Source: Eledone cirrhosa (Eukaryota). Taken from it: a stretch of 64,000 bases of DNA. Location: NCBI GenBank assembly GCA_964016885.1, contig OZ024746.1, forward strand, positions 33,418,001-33,482,000, written 5' to 3'. The notes under the pieces are model-generated. The model was not told the origin of the DNA. It did not search any database and saw only the letters and a list, made by a program, of their open reading frames with translations. Position 1 is the stretch's first letter, and the number at the start of each line of letters is the position of its first letter. This document shows, one piece after another, positions 26,430 to 40,350 of this stretch. A program made the position numbers and the translations under genes.

Positions 26430-29400
26430 CCTTTCCCATCTTTTCCACTCCATTTCAACAGGACCTCACTCAGAATAGGCAGCATAAATTCGCGTGGCTT
26501 GGGGTCGTCATGGAAGCAGGGCCACCTGCTCAACGACCCAAGGTCACTAAACATAGATGTAGTGGCCATCAGCGAGACCAGAATCTCCGAAGCACGGGAC
26601 GTCGCAGCGATCTTCGGCGGCTACGATGTGTACGCATCTCCCAGCCGTCCGGGATCGGGGTAGGAGTTGCTGTGCTTTTTCGGAGAGGTTTGGATCTCGC
26701 CACACGGGCCATCTTCCTGGACCCAGAAGGTAAGTTGGTGGTGCTGGACGTGACCAGCAGAGACGGGCAAGCTTTCAGGCTAGTGGCCGTCTATGGGCAC
26801 AGGAGCAGGGCGGCCTGATTTCTTCCGGCGTCTGGAGACCTTTCTTGGAACGTCCCGCTCCTTAGTGTTAGTGGGCGACTGGAACGGGATCTTAGATGCA
26901 CGCTGGAACTGTGTGGGATCAGCGGATAGGAGAGGAGGGTGCAAGAGCCTCACCAACCTGCTCAGGCGTTTTGAACTGTCTGACAGGTACCGATTGAGGT
27001 TCCCGAATGTGCCAATGTGGACTTGGACAAATCGTATAGGGTCATCCAGATCATATCTAGATAGAGCATTTTGTAGGGAAATAGATAGGTCTAGCATAGG
27101 CTGTCCACAATTCAAGATAGTCAGCTACACGGACCACAAATTCGTGATCTGTGTGCTTGACATAGATAGGCTTCATAGACGAGGACCCGGCTACTAGAAG
27201 GTAAACGCGTCCTTACCAGCGCGCAACGCCTACAGAGACTGGATTAGCGAACTAGTTAAGCGGGCGTTGACGGGGGCCATCGTCAACAACAAGTGGTGGT
27301 TTGCTCTGAAATGAGCGATTAGAATAGAGTCTATTAGGTTTAGTAAGAATTTAGCAATATAGAAAAATAGAGCAGAGGGAGAATTAGTTAGAAAATTAGA
27401 CGAGGCGCTTAGCAAAGGCATCGCGACCGACGTACTTGCGGCAAAATTGGCCCTTGACCAATTCTTCAATGCAAAGCACGAAGGCTGCATTGTCAGATCT
27501 AGGGTGCGTGCTCTCAGACGCGAGGGGACGAAAGGCATTCAATGGGCCCGAGTGGCAGAGGCGCGTCGTGGCAACAAAGCCACGATCCGGTCTTTGGTGG
27601 AACACGAGGAGCGCATGCTACTCGATCCCGGGCAAATGTGTGAAGCTTTCCAGCGACACTTCGCCCAGCTGCTCGGGGGCAGCGGTGGGCCGACTCGAGG
27701 GATGGACATTAGTGTCTACCTCGACGGACTACCGCGGCTCTCGGCCACTGAGGATAGTGTTGCGAAAAGCCGATAACAGCCGCTGAAGTACGGGAGGCAA
27801 TGACTGGCTGCACAAGTGGTAAATTGCCTTGTTTAGATGGTCCGCCCTATGAACTTTACGTACAGATGCCAGACTTGTTTGAGGCCTCTTGGCGGATGTC
27901 TACCGCAGCTGGCAACATAACGGGAGAATTCCCAGTTCTGTGAGCCGAGGAGCTGTGGTGATGCTGAGAAAGGATCCGAATAAGGGCGATTACATAGATA
28001 ATTTCAGACCCATAACTCTGCTAAACACAGAGTTCAAGATTTTGGCCAATGTGCTAGAAAAGAGGTTGGTGCTTGTCGTTGGTGGTCTGGTGGGAGAGAC
28101 GCAGACATGCGCCATTCCTGACAGATCCATCCACGACAACCTCCACCTCATGCGATACATCGTAGAGAGGGAACCTGGCACGGGTGGGTGCTTGATCAAT
28201 TTTGATCAGTCGAAAGCTTTCGATAGCATCGACCATCGTTACCTAGCGGCAGTCCTGAGGGCGGCTGGCTTTGGGCCCGTCTTCAGAGTCTGGATCGCTG
28301 CCATGCACAGCGACATCTGCTCTGTGGTGAGAGTGAACGGTCACCTTTCGGAACCTCAACATCATGCGCTCGGTCCGCCAAGGATGTCCCCTCTCGTCCC
28401 TCTTGTACGTATTGAATCTCGAGCCATTACTGCACAAACTGGAGATGTTGACGGGGGTCCCGCGCGAACTAGGATGCGGAAGATCCCTGTCAGCATATGC
28501 GGACGATGTCACCGTAGTGGTGTCTAACGCCAAACACATCGAGGCAATCGGCACTACACTAAGAGAATACGAAGCGGTGACAGGAGCAATGATCAACCAG
28601 GAAAAGTCAGTGGGCTTGCAGCTCGGCACCTGGACGGACGGACCGGCTAAATTGCTATGGGTCTGGTTCGGCCCGGACCTCCAGACGGACAAAAACTGGG
28701 ACGAGGTGACGAGAAGAGTGGCTTCTCTCACCCAGAAATGGGCGGAGAGGAAGCTATCTCTGAAAGGACGAGCGGAGGTGGCTAACGCGTACATCGCGTC
28801 CGTCATCTACTAACAGCCTGACCGTCGTACCTTGTCCTAAACCCCGCCTGACTGCGCTGGAGCGTTTGCTCTTTCGCTTTTTGTGGAAGGGACGCGCTCC
28901 GATGGTCAGGCGGTCCATCTGCTGTCAACACCCGCTACGTGGAGGGCTGTGCATGCCGTGGCTGATGATGCGCAGACACGCGCTCAGGCTACGATATCTC
29001 CACCTCTTCCTCGACGGTGATCAGGTGTGGTCGCCGTTTGCTAGACATGTCTTTCCCCAGATCGTCTCCTTGACGGAGCTGCAGTCCTGGGTCAAGCGAA
29101 GACCGAGAGGGAGCGCTTGGAGACTGGAATGTCTTCAGGCGCTCACAGCCCTCGACCAATCGGGCAATGTGATCGGTGGAAACTCCACCTTGGCGTTCTA
29201 TAGATGATTAGTGGAGGGGAAGAGCGACGACGTACGTGGAGAAACTCTAGGCGTCGACGAAAATTAACTAGCCAATCTCTTCGGTAGGACTTTCGAGCCG
29301 GGGTCTATGGACAACTTTCAGAAATCCCTGGCCTGGCAGTGCTACCGGGGAGCTTTGCCAGTTCGGGATAAACTCTACAGGCATGGAGGTGCCGTCAGCC

Positions 29401-29798
29401 GGGCATGTCCGAGATGCGCGCAGGGCGACGAAACCGTCCTGCACGCACTCGTCCAGTGTCTGAGCATTGCTGACTTGTGGGTTTATGTCGAACACCTGCT
29501 ATCAGCTGAGTCCATCGTGAGGATTGCCCCGCCCTCTTACTTTAGCCGGGAAGGGCATGCAGTTTTTATCTGTCTGGTGGCCATGGCGAAAGAGATAGTT
29601 TGGTGGACACGTTTCAAAGGGCTGAAGACGAGCACTTACCTCTTCGGTGATGCTCTGATTAACATTTTCAAATTTCATTTGAAAAGGAAAATCAGGGTAG
29701 AGAGGGAAGTGCTCTCTTCCCAGCATTTTGTTGAAAGATGGGTGAGAGAAGCAAGTATGGCCCGAATGAATGGGCCTTCTCTGAGTATGTGTCTGTAA
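26430..29798 (+). pseudogene. LINE ORF2: AP endonuclease + reverse transcriptase + C-terminal zinc motif, multiple stops/frameshifts
   Basis: IGSINSRGL, DVVAISET, GDWN, SYLDR, TDHK; NFRPITLLN, DQSKAFD, VRQGCPLS, YADD (28496-28507); CPRCAQGDETVLHALVQC. Confidence 0.93.
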
Positions 29799-30040
29799 AT
29801 TAAAGGTGGAAAACTGGGAGAGGGCACTTGCCCTGGTGGTCAGGGTCACTGTGGTTTTTTAATGGGCTTTCTCCACAAATGTCCCTTAGCAGTATCCCCC
29901 CTATTGGGGAATTTTTCTTTGTTATTTTATTACATCCTCTGTTTTTTTACACGCAGAAATGCCCATTTGTACCGTCCTGTATTGTCCTGTACTGTCCTTA
30001 ATGTCTACTTTATGTAAACCCTTGTGGTTAATAAAGAAAA

Positions 30041-30085
<45 letters not shown>

Positions 30086-30369
30086 TACCACTACTATATA
30101 TCTATCTATATATATATACAAAAATATACCCGCATACACATAAGCAATCATTTATATAATTTTACAGAGAAACATAAACATTTGCAGAAAAGGACTTAAT
30201 ATTTTATTGATCTCTTAGAAAGCCGCTTGAAATATTTTATAACACACAATTATATGTGAATTCCCATGGGCATGCGCACCTGCTTCCCCCCTCTCTCTCT
30301 CTTTCTCTCTCTCTCTATATATATACATACACACACATATATATATATACATATATTAATATATATATG

Positions 30370-30759
<390 letters not shown>

Positions 30760-30851
30760 ACAAAGGAATTGTGGTAAGGAACCAGATGGACCATAACGCA
30801 CCAGAGTACTCAATACTTAGGGTAGTAGAGTGGGAAATAGGAAACAGTATG

Positions 30852-30948
30852 ACCCCGACGGCAGAGCTCAAGCCGTTTCGACCGCTATTTCTGGACTAAA
30901 TTAGAATGTTTAGCCTTGTGAATAACTAGCCGAAATTTTCAAGGCGGT
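30852..30948 (-). ncRNA. Family B hammerhead, U3-A8 core
   Basis: Minus: accgcc-TTGAAAA-tttcggcta...tagcggtc-GAAA-cggc/ttgagctct/gccg-T-C-ggggt. Confidence 0.7.
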
Positions 30949-31231
30949 ACTTCCTTATATGAGAAGATTGTAGTTGTCAAGAGGTTTGGTTAAACTTTGT
31001 TGTAAACACAAATAAGTCTATTATGGCATTTGGTGGGAGGTAGGGGTGACTGTACCTGCCTGTAGAACAATAGGGGAGTGGAGCGGTCAAGCGTTGAAAG
31101 TGATATGTATACAGCAGATTCTAAGGATAGTGTATGTACCTCCCACCAAATGCCATGATAGACTTATTTGTTTTTACAACAGAGTTTAACCAATCCGTTT
31201 GACAACTACAATCTTCCCATACAAGGAAGTA

Positions 31232-31327
31232 CCCCCTTGAAAAGTTCGGCTATTTATTCACCAGGCTAAACATTCTAATTTAGTCCAGAAATAGCCGTCG
31301 AAACAGCTTCAGCTCTGCCGTCGGCGT
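31232..31327 (+). ncRNA. Family B hammerhead, U3-A8 core
   Basis: cccc-TTGAAAA(31237-31243)-gttcggctattt...aaatagccgtc-GAAA-cagc..gccg-T-C-ggcgt. Confidence 0.7.
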
Positions 31328-31337
31328 CATACTTTTT

Positions 31338-31427
<90 letters not shown>

Positions 31428-31440
31428 TATACATATATAT

Positions 31441-31480
<40 letters not shown>

Positions 31481-31726
31481 TCAAATAATTGAAAAAATAT
31501 TTTAATGGAAAATACCAAAGATTTACAACCATAACTTATTACCCAAATTTCTCCAAATATTGGCTTTTCACTGTCTTTCTTATTAGATTTTTCAAGTGTG
31601 AACTGTGTTTACAAATGGGTCGTTTACCTGAGGATTTACGTATTTTAGCTTCCTAAGCGAAAATCTATAATCCAACCGTATACAATGAAACATCTGCTAT
31701 CCATCTTCCAGTGTGATCGTAGTTTA

Positions 31727-32300
31727 ATATCAGTTTGTTCAGAAATTAATGCACGTTTTAAACATTAATTTTAAAACGTCATATCTCAGTCCACAATAAA
31801 CTTTATTGATCGTAATAATATCCATTAGAAACTTCACATTCTTGCCAACTGGTTAAAAGCTCTTTCATTCCGTAAACATATAATTTTGACATTCTGGAAC
31901 TGAGGAATGCTTCGAAAGCATTTTTTGCGGCTGATTAGTTATTGAAGACTATCCTTTGCAAGAGTTGTGGAAAAACTTTTAAAAGTGTTAGTCGGCTGGT
32001 CAAAGAAGCAGTGAGTATGCAGTATGAGGCAAGGTTTCGTAGTCCAATTTGTTTAACTACGGAACTTTGCTTCCGCAATATGTAGCCACGTCATATCGTA
32101 CAAAAGGACCGTACCTTTTCTATTGACCGATGCAGCCGTATCCTCTACATTTTAATGTATCATCGATTTAGTGAGATTACAAGAATGCTGTGATAGTTCT
32201 GTCCGGATTTATAAAGTTGTAATAAATTCATCGTACTGCAAACTACAAACAAGCTATCATAAAATCTGTTTGGTGCAACTTAAGCTTTGGGAAGTATTTA
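31727..32300 (-). mobile_element. Degraded mariner transposon (3' part)
   Basis: Minus-strand translation KGTVLLYD...LPHTAYS...AKNAFEAFLSSR..LY..GMKELLTSWQECEVSNGYYYDQ* matches a mariner transposase C-terminus; TIR-like tatcagtttgttcagaaattaatgcacg. Confidence 0.75.
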
Positions 32301-33977
32301 GGAGATTCATTTTGGTCCAATCACTATAAACGTCTTCAGCTGTTGTATTATATCTACTTACCATTGAACACATACAAATGTGATCATAAAAAGGCTCATA
32401 TTCTTTAATCAAAAAGCGAGTAAGTGACGTTCTATTAGTAACTTTTCTCATTTTTCGTCAATTCATGTGAAACCTTCTTTGAAAGGATTGGCTTTCTAGA
32501 ACGAGGTTCGTCTTTAACATTTTCTTGGCTCCTTTTGAAATGTTTGTGTCACTTACAAACGTTATTTCATGATGGAGTGGCATCTCCATAAACAGCAATA
32601 TTTCAGGATTGACCCAATCGATAATGTTGAAACAAGTATGTACGTGTAGCCAAGGTCATACTCAATAGGTTCATATACATTAGCGAGGCGAGGTCTAGCC
32701 CTACCATGTTGTATATAGGAAAATCAGCACCCGTGGCAAACCCCATATATATTAAAGAAACGATAAGATCCCAGACCTCGATCTCTTTCCCATTGTGGAG
32801 GAATTCGTCGAATTGATAAGGCAAAATCTATTCCATTAGTCTTTCCATTGCTGATACTATCTACCGGTCGCAACAATGTATACGTACATACATATATGAT
32901 ATAAATTTCAAGTATATTCTAATTTAATTTCATTTGCTGGATTTAATATTAATTAGTTTTATTCACACGCAATCGACAAAGTAAACGCACAATCAACCAA
33001 CGCACGTATAAACAGGCACACACAGAAATACAAACACGCAGACACAGATACACTGATATCAACCCTATTTAAGGTCAACTTGAAACAGTTATTAGTTATA
33101 TAAGGAAAGAAAACGGGTGAAAGGAAGAAAGGGAGAAAGAGAGAAGAAACAAAACGGAGGAAAAGAAAGGGATAAGGGACAGGTAAATAAGCAAATATAT
33201 ATGAAGCTTTTAAAAAGGTCCCTGAACTTATGATAATAGCAGCAATATCTTATATATATGCATGGCTGGAGTGTCTTTCAACAGAGTCATTCTGCCTATA
33301 TCTACGCGATCGTTTGAAGGGTATATCTATGATTTCATTATTAAGTGTTTTTAAGATCGTAAATTGTGGTTTAGTCGCTGTTTCTAACCGGTTCAGAGAT
33401 CATGTGCAGGCTCCGTCTTCAAATAAAAAGAACATGTATTAAAACGAAAGAGTTCTAAGCCTTTCTCACTCCTGATGTTAGAACAAGATACGTCATACAA
33501 CAGAACGCGAAAATAAAGACGAGAAAGAGACAGGCATATGCAAATTTCGTTGTTACATCTGTTTTAAACATACTGAATAACTTAATCGAATCAATCTTTA
33601 AGCCTCAGTCGATTTCCGATTTAAAAACTAAAAGGCGAAATTAAAATATTCTCTACATGAGAAACGTTCCACCAGCCGAAGAGTTGCAATATCGAACTAT
33701 TTCTTCTTTAAACTGTTTACAGTTTCGAGATCTTTACTATATATTTTTAGTCTGATAGTCTATATATCTATCAATACTGGACAATAATCATCCACTCTAA
33801 TGCATTCGTAAATTTCTATAGGAGAATATTTCGGACTACTACAAACAGTTTGTGTTATATTTTGTAACTAAATGTCCTATCTTTTTCAGAGATATATATT
33901 CACACAATAAAGCTGCGTATATGCACACAATGCACACAAGTACGCAGTCACGCACAACCATACAGACATACCCCGCC

Positions 33978-34028
<51 letters not shown>

Positions 34029-35312
34029 TATGTATATGTGTGTATCTATGTGTATGTGTGTATCTACACGTTTATATAAAATATATTTCATCTCAAAAAG
34101 TTGCAGTTACTTGTAATATACATTTCTCCTCTTGTCGCACGAAACTTGTGCTATTTTTCAATGTGTTTGCGCATCTATACAAGGCTTGCTTCACTACAGT
34201 TTCCGTCAAACAATTTCTTTCCAGAATTTATTGTTTAATACCAAGATATTATAGAATATTCTACTCATAGGTCCATGCAATGGGATAGATCTTTGAAACA
34301 CTCAATAACGAAGGAAATTTGTCGAATCGTACTTACATTAAGGTTTCTCTACAAATAATAAAAAAAAAACAATAATGGTTTACCTTCATGTGTATTCATA
34401 AGCAATTGATCAGACTTGATTTAAAAGATATTTATTTATCCTACGTATTAATGTCCTGGAGTCAAATGCTAGAGCTTTCTGGATCAAAGGGGTTTATAAA
34501 TGTGGGATCAGATTTGTATATTTTATGCCTCATAACACATCTATTTGTACGTGCCCATTATGCATTATAATATATGCCTTGGCGATATAAAACCTATGGT
34601 GTGATCGGACATAATTAGGATTATCCTTCAAAGGTAAGGAAACATTAAAATTCGCTGGATCTATGAGTGTTATGTTTGATCTGGATTGTAATAAGTGCGG
34701 GCAAATGCATTTTAGTGGAAATGAAACCTTGCCATAGAACCGGTTCTCAGTTTCAATAATTTGAACGATACGCTGATTTAGTTTGTTCTTGTAGATGATC
34801 TCCAATCATATGTCACAATTTTATAAGATAAAAGGAAAAGAACGAAATGAAAATCTATTCAAAACTTTGATTGCTGGTTTATGGATTTTATACAGAATCG
34901 TGCAATTTCCGTTTTCAGTGTTCCGATTATAGGTGCTGTTAGGGTAGATAGAAATGGAGTGTATATAATTGATATTTATGGCTTCCTAAAATGAATTTTG
35001 AGAACCCTTACCAATTCTATATATCTTCATAAGCAAATTATTGTTAACAAATAAACAAGAACGAATGACAACTGCAAGGAAGTAATAAGACCAACATACT
35101 AGAATTATATACATGGTTTATTATAGTCGCGTTTGAATGTGTTTTTTTAAATGTTTTTGCTATAGGGGTATGTATATGCCATAATATATAATATTACATG
35201 TAAGAAGGTATGAGAAAAATTTATCACGTTCAAAATCTTGATATAAATACATACAAACACAAACACAAACACAAACACACAGACATATACATATGTGTAT
35301 ATATCTCTCTCG

Positions 35313-35361
<49 letters not shown>

Positions 35362-35452
35362 CATACATATATATACATATATATATATATATATTGTATA
35401 TATTTATATATTATATATATGCATATCTGTCTCTCCCTCTCTCTCTCTATAT

Positions 35453-35486
<34 letters not shown>

Positions 35487-35798
35487 TTCGTTTCTGAATT
35501 TGTTTAGCAAGATTCTTTATCTTAAAACGTGTGTTGAGACCGATATTGTTATACTTTGGGACGGTCATGTTGCCAATAAGAAACACACGCACCAGTTGCT
35601 ATCACTTCAATTTATAATAAATTTATAAATTTAGGAATTTATAAATTTCCGGTTGATTGGTTGGTTCCACAACCAGATGGTTGTTTATATATTGTCAAAA
35701 TTCTTTCGTCACACATTCTGTGACCTCTTCAGTGACTGGGGATTCTTTTCTTTGTTTGTTGTGCCTCTCCTTTGTTCTGTCCTACTCCATCTTGTTTT

Positions 35799-35800
<2 letters not shown>
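35487..35800 (-). mobile_element. Family A copy between (TA)n tracts
   Basis: Homologous to 22598-22820 and to the reverse complement of 22900-23183. Confidence 0.75.
35694..35736 (-). ncRNA. Minimal hammerhead motif (family A, best preserved)
   Basis: gtca-CTGAAGA-g-gtcaca/gaatg/tgtgac-GAAA-gaat-T-T-tgac. Confidence 0.72.
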
Positions 35801-35865
<65 letters not shown>

Positions 35866-36824
35866 TGGCTGCCAACTCGTTTTCGAGTACGGCCACTACT
35901 TTATATCCATGTAGGAGAACCCCTACCGATGCACTATACGAGTGTGACTTTTTAGTCCAGCCAGCGACTTGAAAACTCTGGTACACTTGTGACAATTATT
36001 GAACCATAATGCTGGGCCCATGGTACCGTGTGACGACAAATGCAGAGAGATCTCCAGATATAAAGCAATGTCTGTGCCGTGAAGCTTTTATAGTGAGCAA
36101 AGGCACTGCACAAAGCCAGTCCCACTCTCTTAACCAAGATGATATTTACCAAAAAGAAGAACAAGTCAACATCATTGGATACAATCAGAGTTGCAGGTGT
36201 TATATCAGAGTTTTCCTTCTCCTAGAATTCTGCCTTGACAAAGGCTAAGGAGTCATCTCTCCCGGTGATTTTGGATGGCCATTGACTCTAAAGAGCTCCT
36301 TTGCCCTTCGACAGGTTTTATTTTTAGTCCTGCGGGAAATCCAAAGTCACACTCCTCACCAAGAAACCTTGGTGGGGGTGCAAGTTTAGTCGCCAACGAC
36401 CCGACCATGGGACAGGTTGTACTGGGATACATGTTACTAGTAGCACCAACTGGTGACCTGACATATATATATATATACATGCATATATACATACACACCC
36501 TTATATTAGTGTGATTATAAATGTATATGTTAGTTAGTCTATGACAGTTTGAATGCGTGGGTATATTTATTTTACAGGGATAGAAGTATGTATTTCCTGA
36601 TTCAATACCAATACCGAATAATTGAATATCCCATTTACGTATATATTTATTGAAGTTAATAACAAAACTAGAAACGCATAAAACTTCGAATAATTTACAC
36701 GCAAGAATACATACATGCTTATACATACATGCACACACAAACACACACCCACACATCACAGACACTCACACATACATACATACATACATACATACATACA
36801 CACATGCATACACACACGCACACA

Positions 36825-36871
<47 letters not shown>

Positions 36872-36885
36872 ACACACACACACAG

Positions 36886-36917
<32 letters not shown>

Positions 36918-36987
36918 ATATTCAAACAAAGATGCATGCATACATTTCATACAAATACCCTTACACATATACATACGCCGGTCTACT

Positions 36988-37052
<65 letters not shown>

Positions 37053-37053
<1 letters not shown>

Positions 37054-37215
37054 CATCATCATCATCGTTTAACGTCCTTTTTCAACGCTAGCATGGGTTA
37101 GACGGGTTTGTCCCACTTGAGGCAAGATTGATCGCGTGAACGTGTCTCGCTCGTATAGAACTATACCTGGATGATTTTCTACGGATGAATGCACTTCCTA
37201 GCTCCAACCACACAC
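37053..37215 (-). mobile_element. 3' part of a second SINE family with (GAT)n tail
   Basis: atcatcatcatcgtttaacgtcc...gctagcatgggttagacgg...ttctacggatgaatgcacttccta resembles abundant octopus SINE tails (from memory, not a database search). Confidence 0.6.
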
Positions 37216-37235
37216 TCACCCCCCCCCCCCCGCCC

Positions 37236-37303
<68 letters not shown>

Positions 37304-37305
<2 letters not shown>

Positions 37306-37535
37306 TCGGGTAAAATTCCCGAGATCTAAGGACGAGTTCTCTCCAGTGATCTCTGTCCCTCATCATCGCTGCCATGTCCTGCGTCGCCAAGAGACCAGTG
37401 TCTGTCCTTAGGACATCAACATATGTCAACCTCGGTTTCCCTCTTCTTGTGCGTCCTTGCAGCGGCTCCCTCAGGAGCACTGTGTGCAGTGTCAACTCTA
37501 GATGTCGGTGAGCATGTCCAGCTAACTTCAGTCTT
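37304..37535 (-). mobile_element. RTE-clade LINE 3' end
   Basis: LKLAGHAHRH...VLLREPLQGRTRRGKPRLTYVDVLRTDTGL...MMRDRDHWR. Confidence 0.75.
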
Positions 37536-37936
37536 ATATATATATAATTTTGAAAATGACGAACACAGATGCAAAAATAAATAGTAAAATTGGTCTTATT
37601 AATTTCACGCTTTAGATGATAAAATAAAAAAAAATGTTCGAAGTTTAGGACTTTAGTACAAGAGTACAGCGATCAGAACATAAAGAAAGGGAGACATATG
37701 AAAGTGTGTGGTGAGTCTGGGTGTATTAAATATATAAGAATTTCTTATGAACAAATAACTACCTGACCGTTATATCTGTACATGAAAAAAAACCGGAAAT
37801 CATCTTCAAAAGGTGGAATAGATGAATTTGAAATGAACAAAAAATCGGTAAATTGTCATAGCAATCACTCTATACAACGCTAAATGAGAAATGTGTGAGT
37901 GTATGCGCTGCTTTGTCTGTGTATATGTGTGTGTAC

Positions 37937-37968
<32 letters not shown>

Positions 37969-38009
37969 ACGTCTTTATACGTTTGTTAAAGAGCTGTGAT
38001 CAATCTATG

Positions 38010-38515
38010 TGTGCGTGACCATTTTCCCTGCGGTGCTGCAATGTTGTATCCGTGTTGGAGTTATCGTGGATGAAGTAAGGGTACTACATGCGGTAGGGAA
38101 CGCAGATTAGAGAAAGTGGGGCTGTGCATTGAGGTCATGGTGACTAGATTTATTTAGAAAGAAATAAGCTGATGTTCCCTCGGATGTCGCGTGCCTGGAG
38201 CTCCAGTGCAAGAGACGAGACCGAACAGTCAGCTGACGTGAGGCCTGAATGCAAGTACGGAAATGCAAGGGCCACCATGTCAGGGAGAGGTTTAGGGAAT
38301 CTCTTGGCCATTATGCCCTATGAAGCTTGTACTAAGTGTAATGAATGCGCATGGGTGTTAGGAAGGTCGGAAGCATGGATGGGATCCCGGGTAGGAGCCG
38401 AAAGGAGAGTGGGAACTCCGGACGGGGAGTTTCCTAATGTTAAATGCGCGTTTAAAAGATAGGAGGGTAGAATGTGATGCTAGAGATGTGGTGGAGGTGA
38501 TGCTGGCGGGCGAAT
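38010..38515 (-). mobile_element. Possible CR1/L2-like LINE 3' end
   Basis: PASITSTTSLAS...SFKRA resembles a CR1-type ORF2 terminus followed by a UTR. Confidence 0.35.
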
Positions 38516-38519
38516 GACT

Positions 38520-39250
38520 TTTATGAATGTTTTGTACCCTTGTCCACAAGGGTACAAAACAGTCATAAACATTTTTTCGAAATATTTTTCTTCAAATGTC
38601 TCCAAAATCTTCATGAATATTTTCTTTCAAGCAGCTTTAAACTTTCATCCAAAACATTCCTAAACGATATCTCAAATGCTTTAGTCCAAATTGTCAAGAA
38701 TATACTACTGAAAATTTCTTCAAACCTCTTCCATAACTTATTTTATAATAGTTTCTAAAATTAAAAAAATTTCCTGAAATATATTCCCCAAAGTGTGTAA
38801 AAAAAAACCTTCACTCTCTGTTTTTGAAAAGTTTGCGTAGATATTAAAAAATAAGACGAGCGCGGCAGAGCCCAACAAATCAAAAGGACGCCGGAACCGA
38901 ACGGTTGGCGCACTGGCGTGTATTACAGACCCCAGTGGAGCCACAGGATGTCAAGAACGAACGGCCGGGGCCAAGGTTGATGAAGATTTTGATAGAATTT
39001 CTCGTGAATCTTTTTTCGAAAGCATTTTTATACAATTCGAGGAAAATATTTGAGATTCATTCTAAATCCTTTTTATGAAGTTTTTTCGAAAGAATAACTT
39101 GAAAAAGTTTGAGAAAATGTTTGAAGAAACATTGGATGAAATTTTTAAAAGATTATTTGAGGAAAAGTTGTTAAAGCAAATATTAGAAAATCTTTTGAAG
39201 AAAAGGTGGGGAAAATGTGGGGAAAATGTTGGGTAATTTAACGTATTCAA
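38520..39250. repeat. 50-bp hairpin plus degenerate inverted arms of ~12-bp subrepeats around a GC-rich core
   Basis: ttttgtacccttgt-cc-acaagggtacaaaa; 38575-38690 resembles the reverse complement of 39090-39205; core 38856-38975. Confidence 0.55.
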
Positions 39251-39651
39251 AATTAAATTATATAAAATTTATTCTACCCCAAATTTCGCCAGAATATTAT
39301 CAAACGTTTTTATACCACATCTTTCAAAACTCCTTATCATAATCTTTCGGAAAAATCTTGCGAAGATTTTTCTGAAAACATCTCAAAGATTATTTCAAAA
39401 TTATTTGGTCCCTCAAAAATCTTTTGAGAAAGTTGTTAAAATTAATAAAAACTGTTTAAAGAAAAGTTTTTAAAAGATCACAAACCATTGAAAACATTTT
39501 GTCAATAATTTTGATGGAATATTTGTTGATTTTTTATAAATTCAATGCTCTGTTACTATCTATTACTAAATTAATTTTATTCTTTCGGGCCTAGTGGAGA
39601 GAATGATATATGAGATAATGGGGAGGTGGTGAGCTTGCTGTATATACATAT

Positions 39652-39850
39652 ATATATTGTTATACTTGGGGAGAGTCATATTGTTGTAATAATATTGCCA
39701 GAAGTAAGAACAGAATACATTCACTGTTTGGTTGGTTTCCGCTTCTGCATCTTTTATATCTCAATAGTTTATTTATTTGGCAGTCAATGATAAACATTGA
39801 CTGATCATCGGTTAAAAGTATCACATAACGGAGGACATCAGAAGAGGAAA
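39652..39850 (-). mobile_element. Family A fragment
   Basis: Matches the reverse complement of 660-823. Confidence 0.7.
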
Positions 39851-40009
39851 AACAATAAATGATTGAATCCAATTAAATACAAGCAGTATCTAGGCAAATA
39901 TAACATCAATTGTTTTGTTAGGAGTTATTGACCACTCATCTATGACCTTAGCTGGTGTATAAATTGGTGCTAAGTATTCTACAACAAACTATATAGAATA
40001 GGACCACCG

Positions 40010-40350
40010 ATCCTCTAGTATCCGAATCTTCTATCATTACGTCAAAGACAAGTGCAAACCTTAAACGATTAAGGAGAGACAATGCCACAGACAGAGACAA
40101 CATACTAGGTATACTCCATTGTCATGGTAGTCATCAAGCTTTTAAACATGTGTCTAGAAGTATGCTGTAATAGTCCTAATCAACAAGAAATGTGATAAAT
40201 CAGAAATAAGGTCTCTTACCAACCTACTTGATACATTAAAACTGCACCAACATAGAAGGCAGGCCTGATTGAGGTCAGGATTTTCGAAAATAGACCAAAT
40301 CCAGGCAGTTAGTCAACTTCAAAAGAACGCAAACGAATACAGCCATATTT
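40010..40350 (+). pseudogene. Degraded RTE-like reverse transcriptase fragment
   Basis: QA*LRSGFSKIDQIQAVSQLQKNANEY resembles the QAGFRSGFSTIDHI...EY motif. Confidence 0.55.

Larger units (their letters stand above)
24547..30082 (+). mobile_element. Full-length degenerate Tx1/L1-clade LINE
   Basis: 5' UTR, ORF1, APE-RT-CCHC ORF2, 3' UTR with aataaa and (TTA)n; (TTA)n also at the 5' flank. Confidence 0.92.

Noticed and set aside
35860-36460. GC-richer (TA)n-flanked insert, possible LINE 5' region or ribozyme
   Set aside because: I could not build a convincing HHR or HDV-like fold or a protein motif by eye
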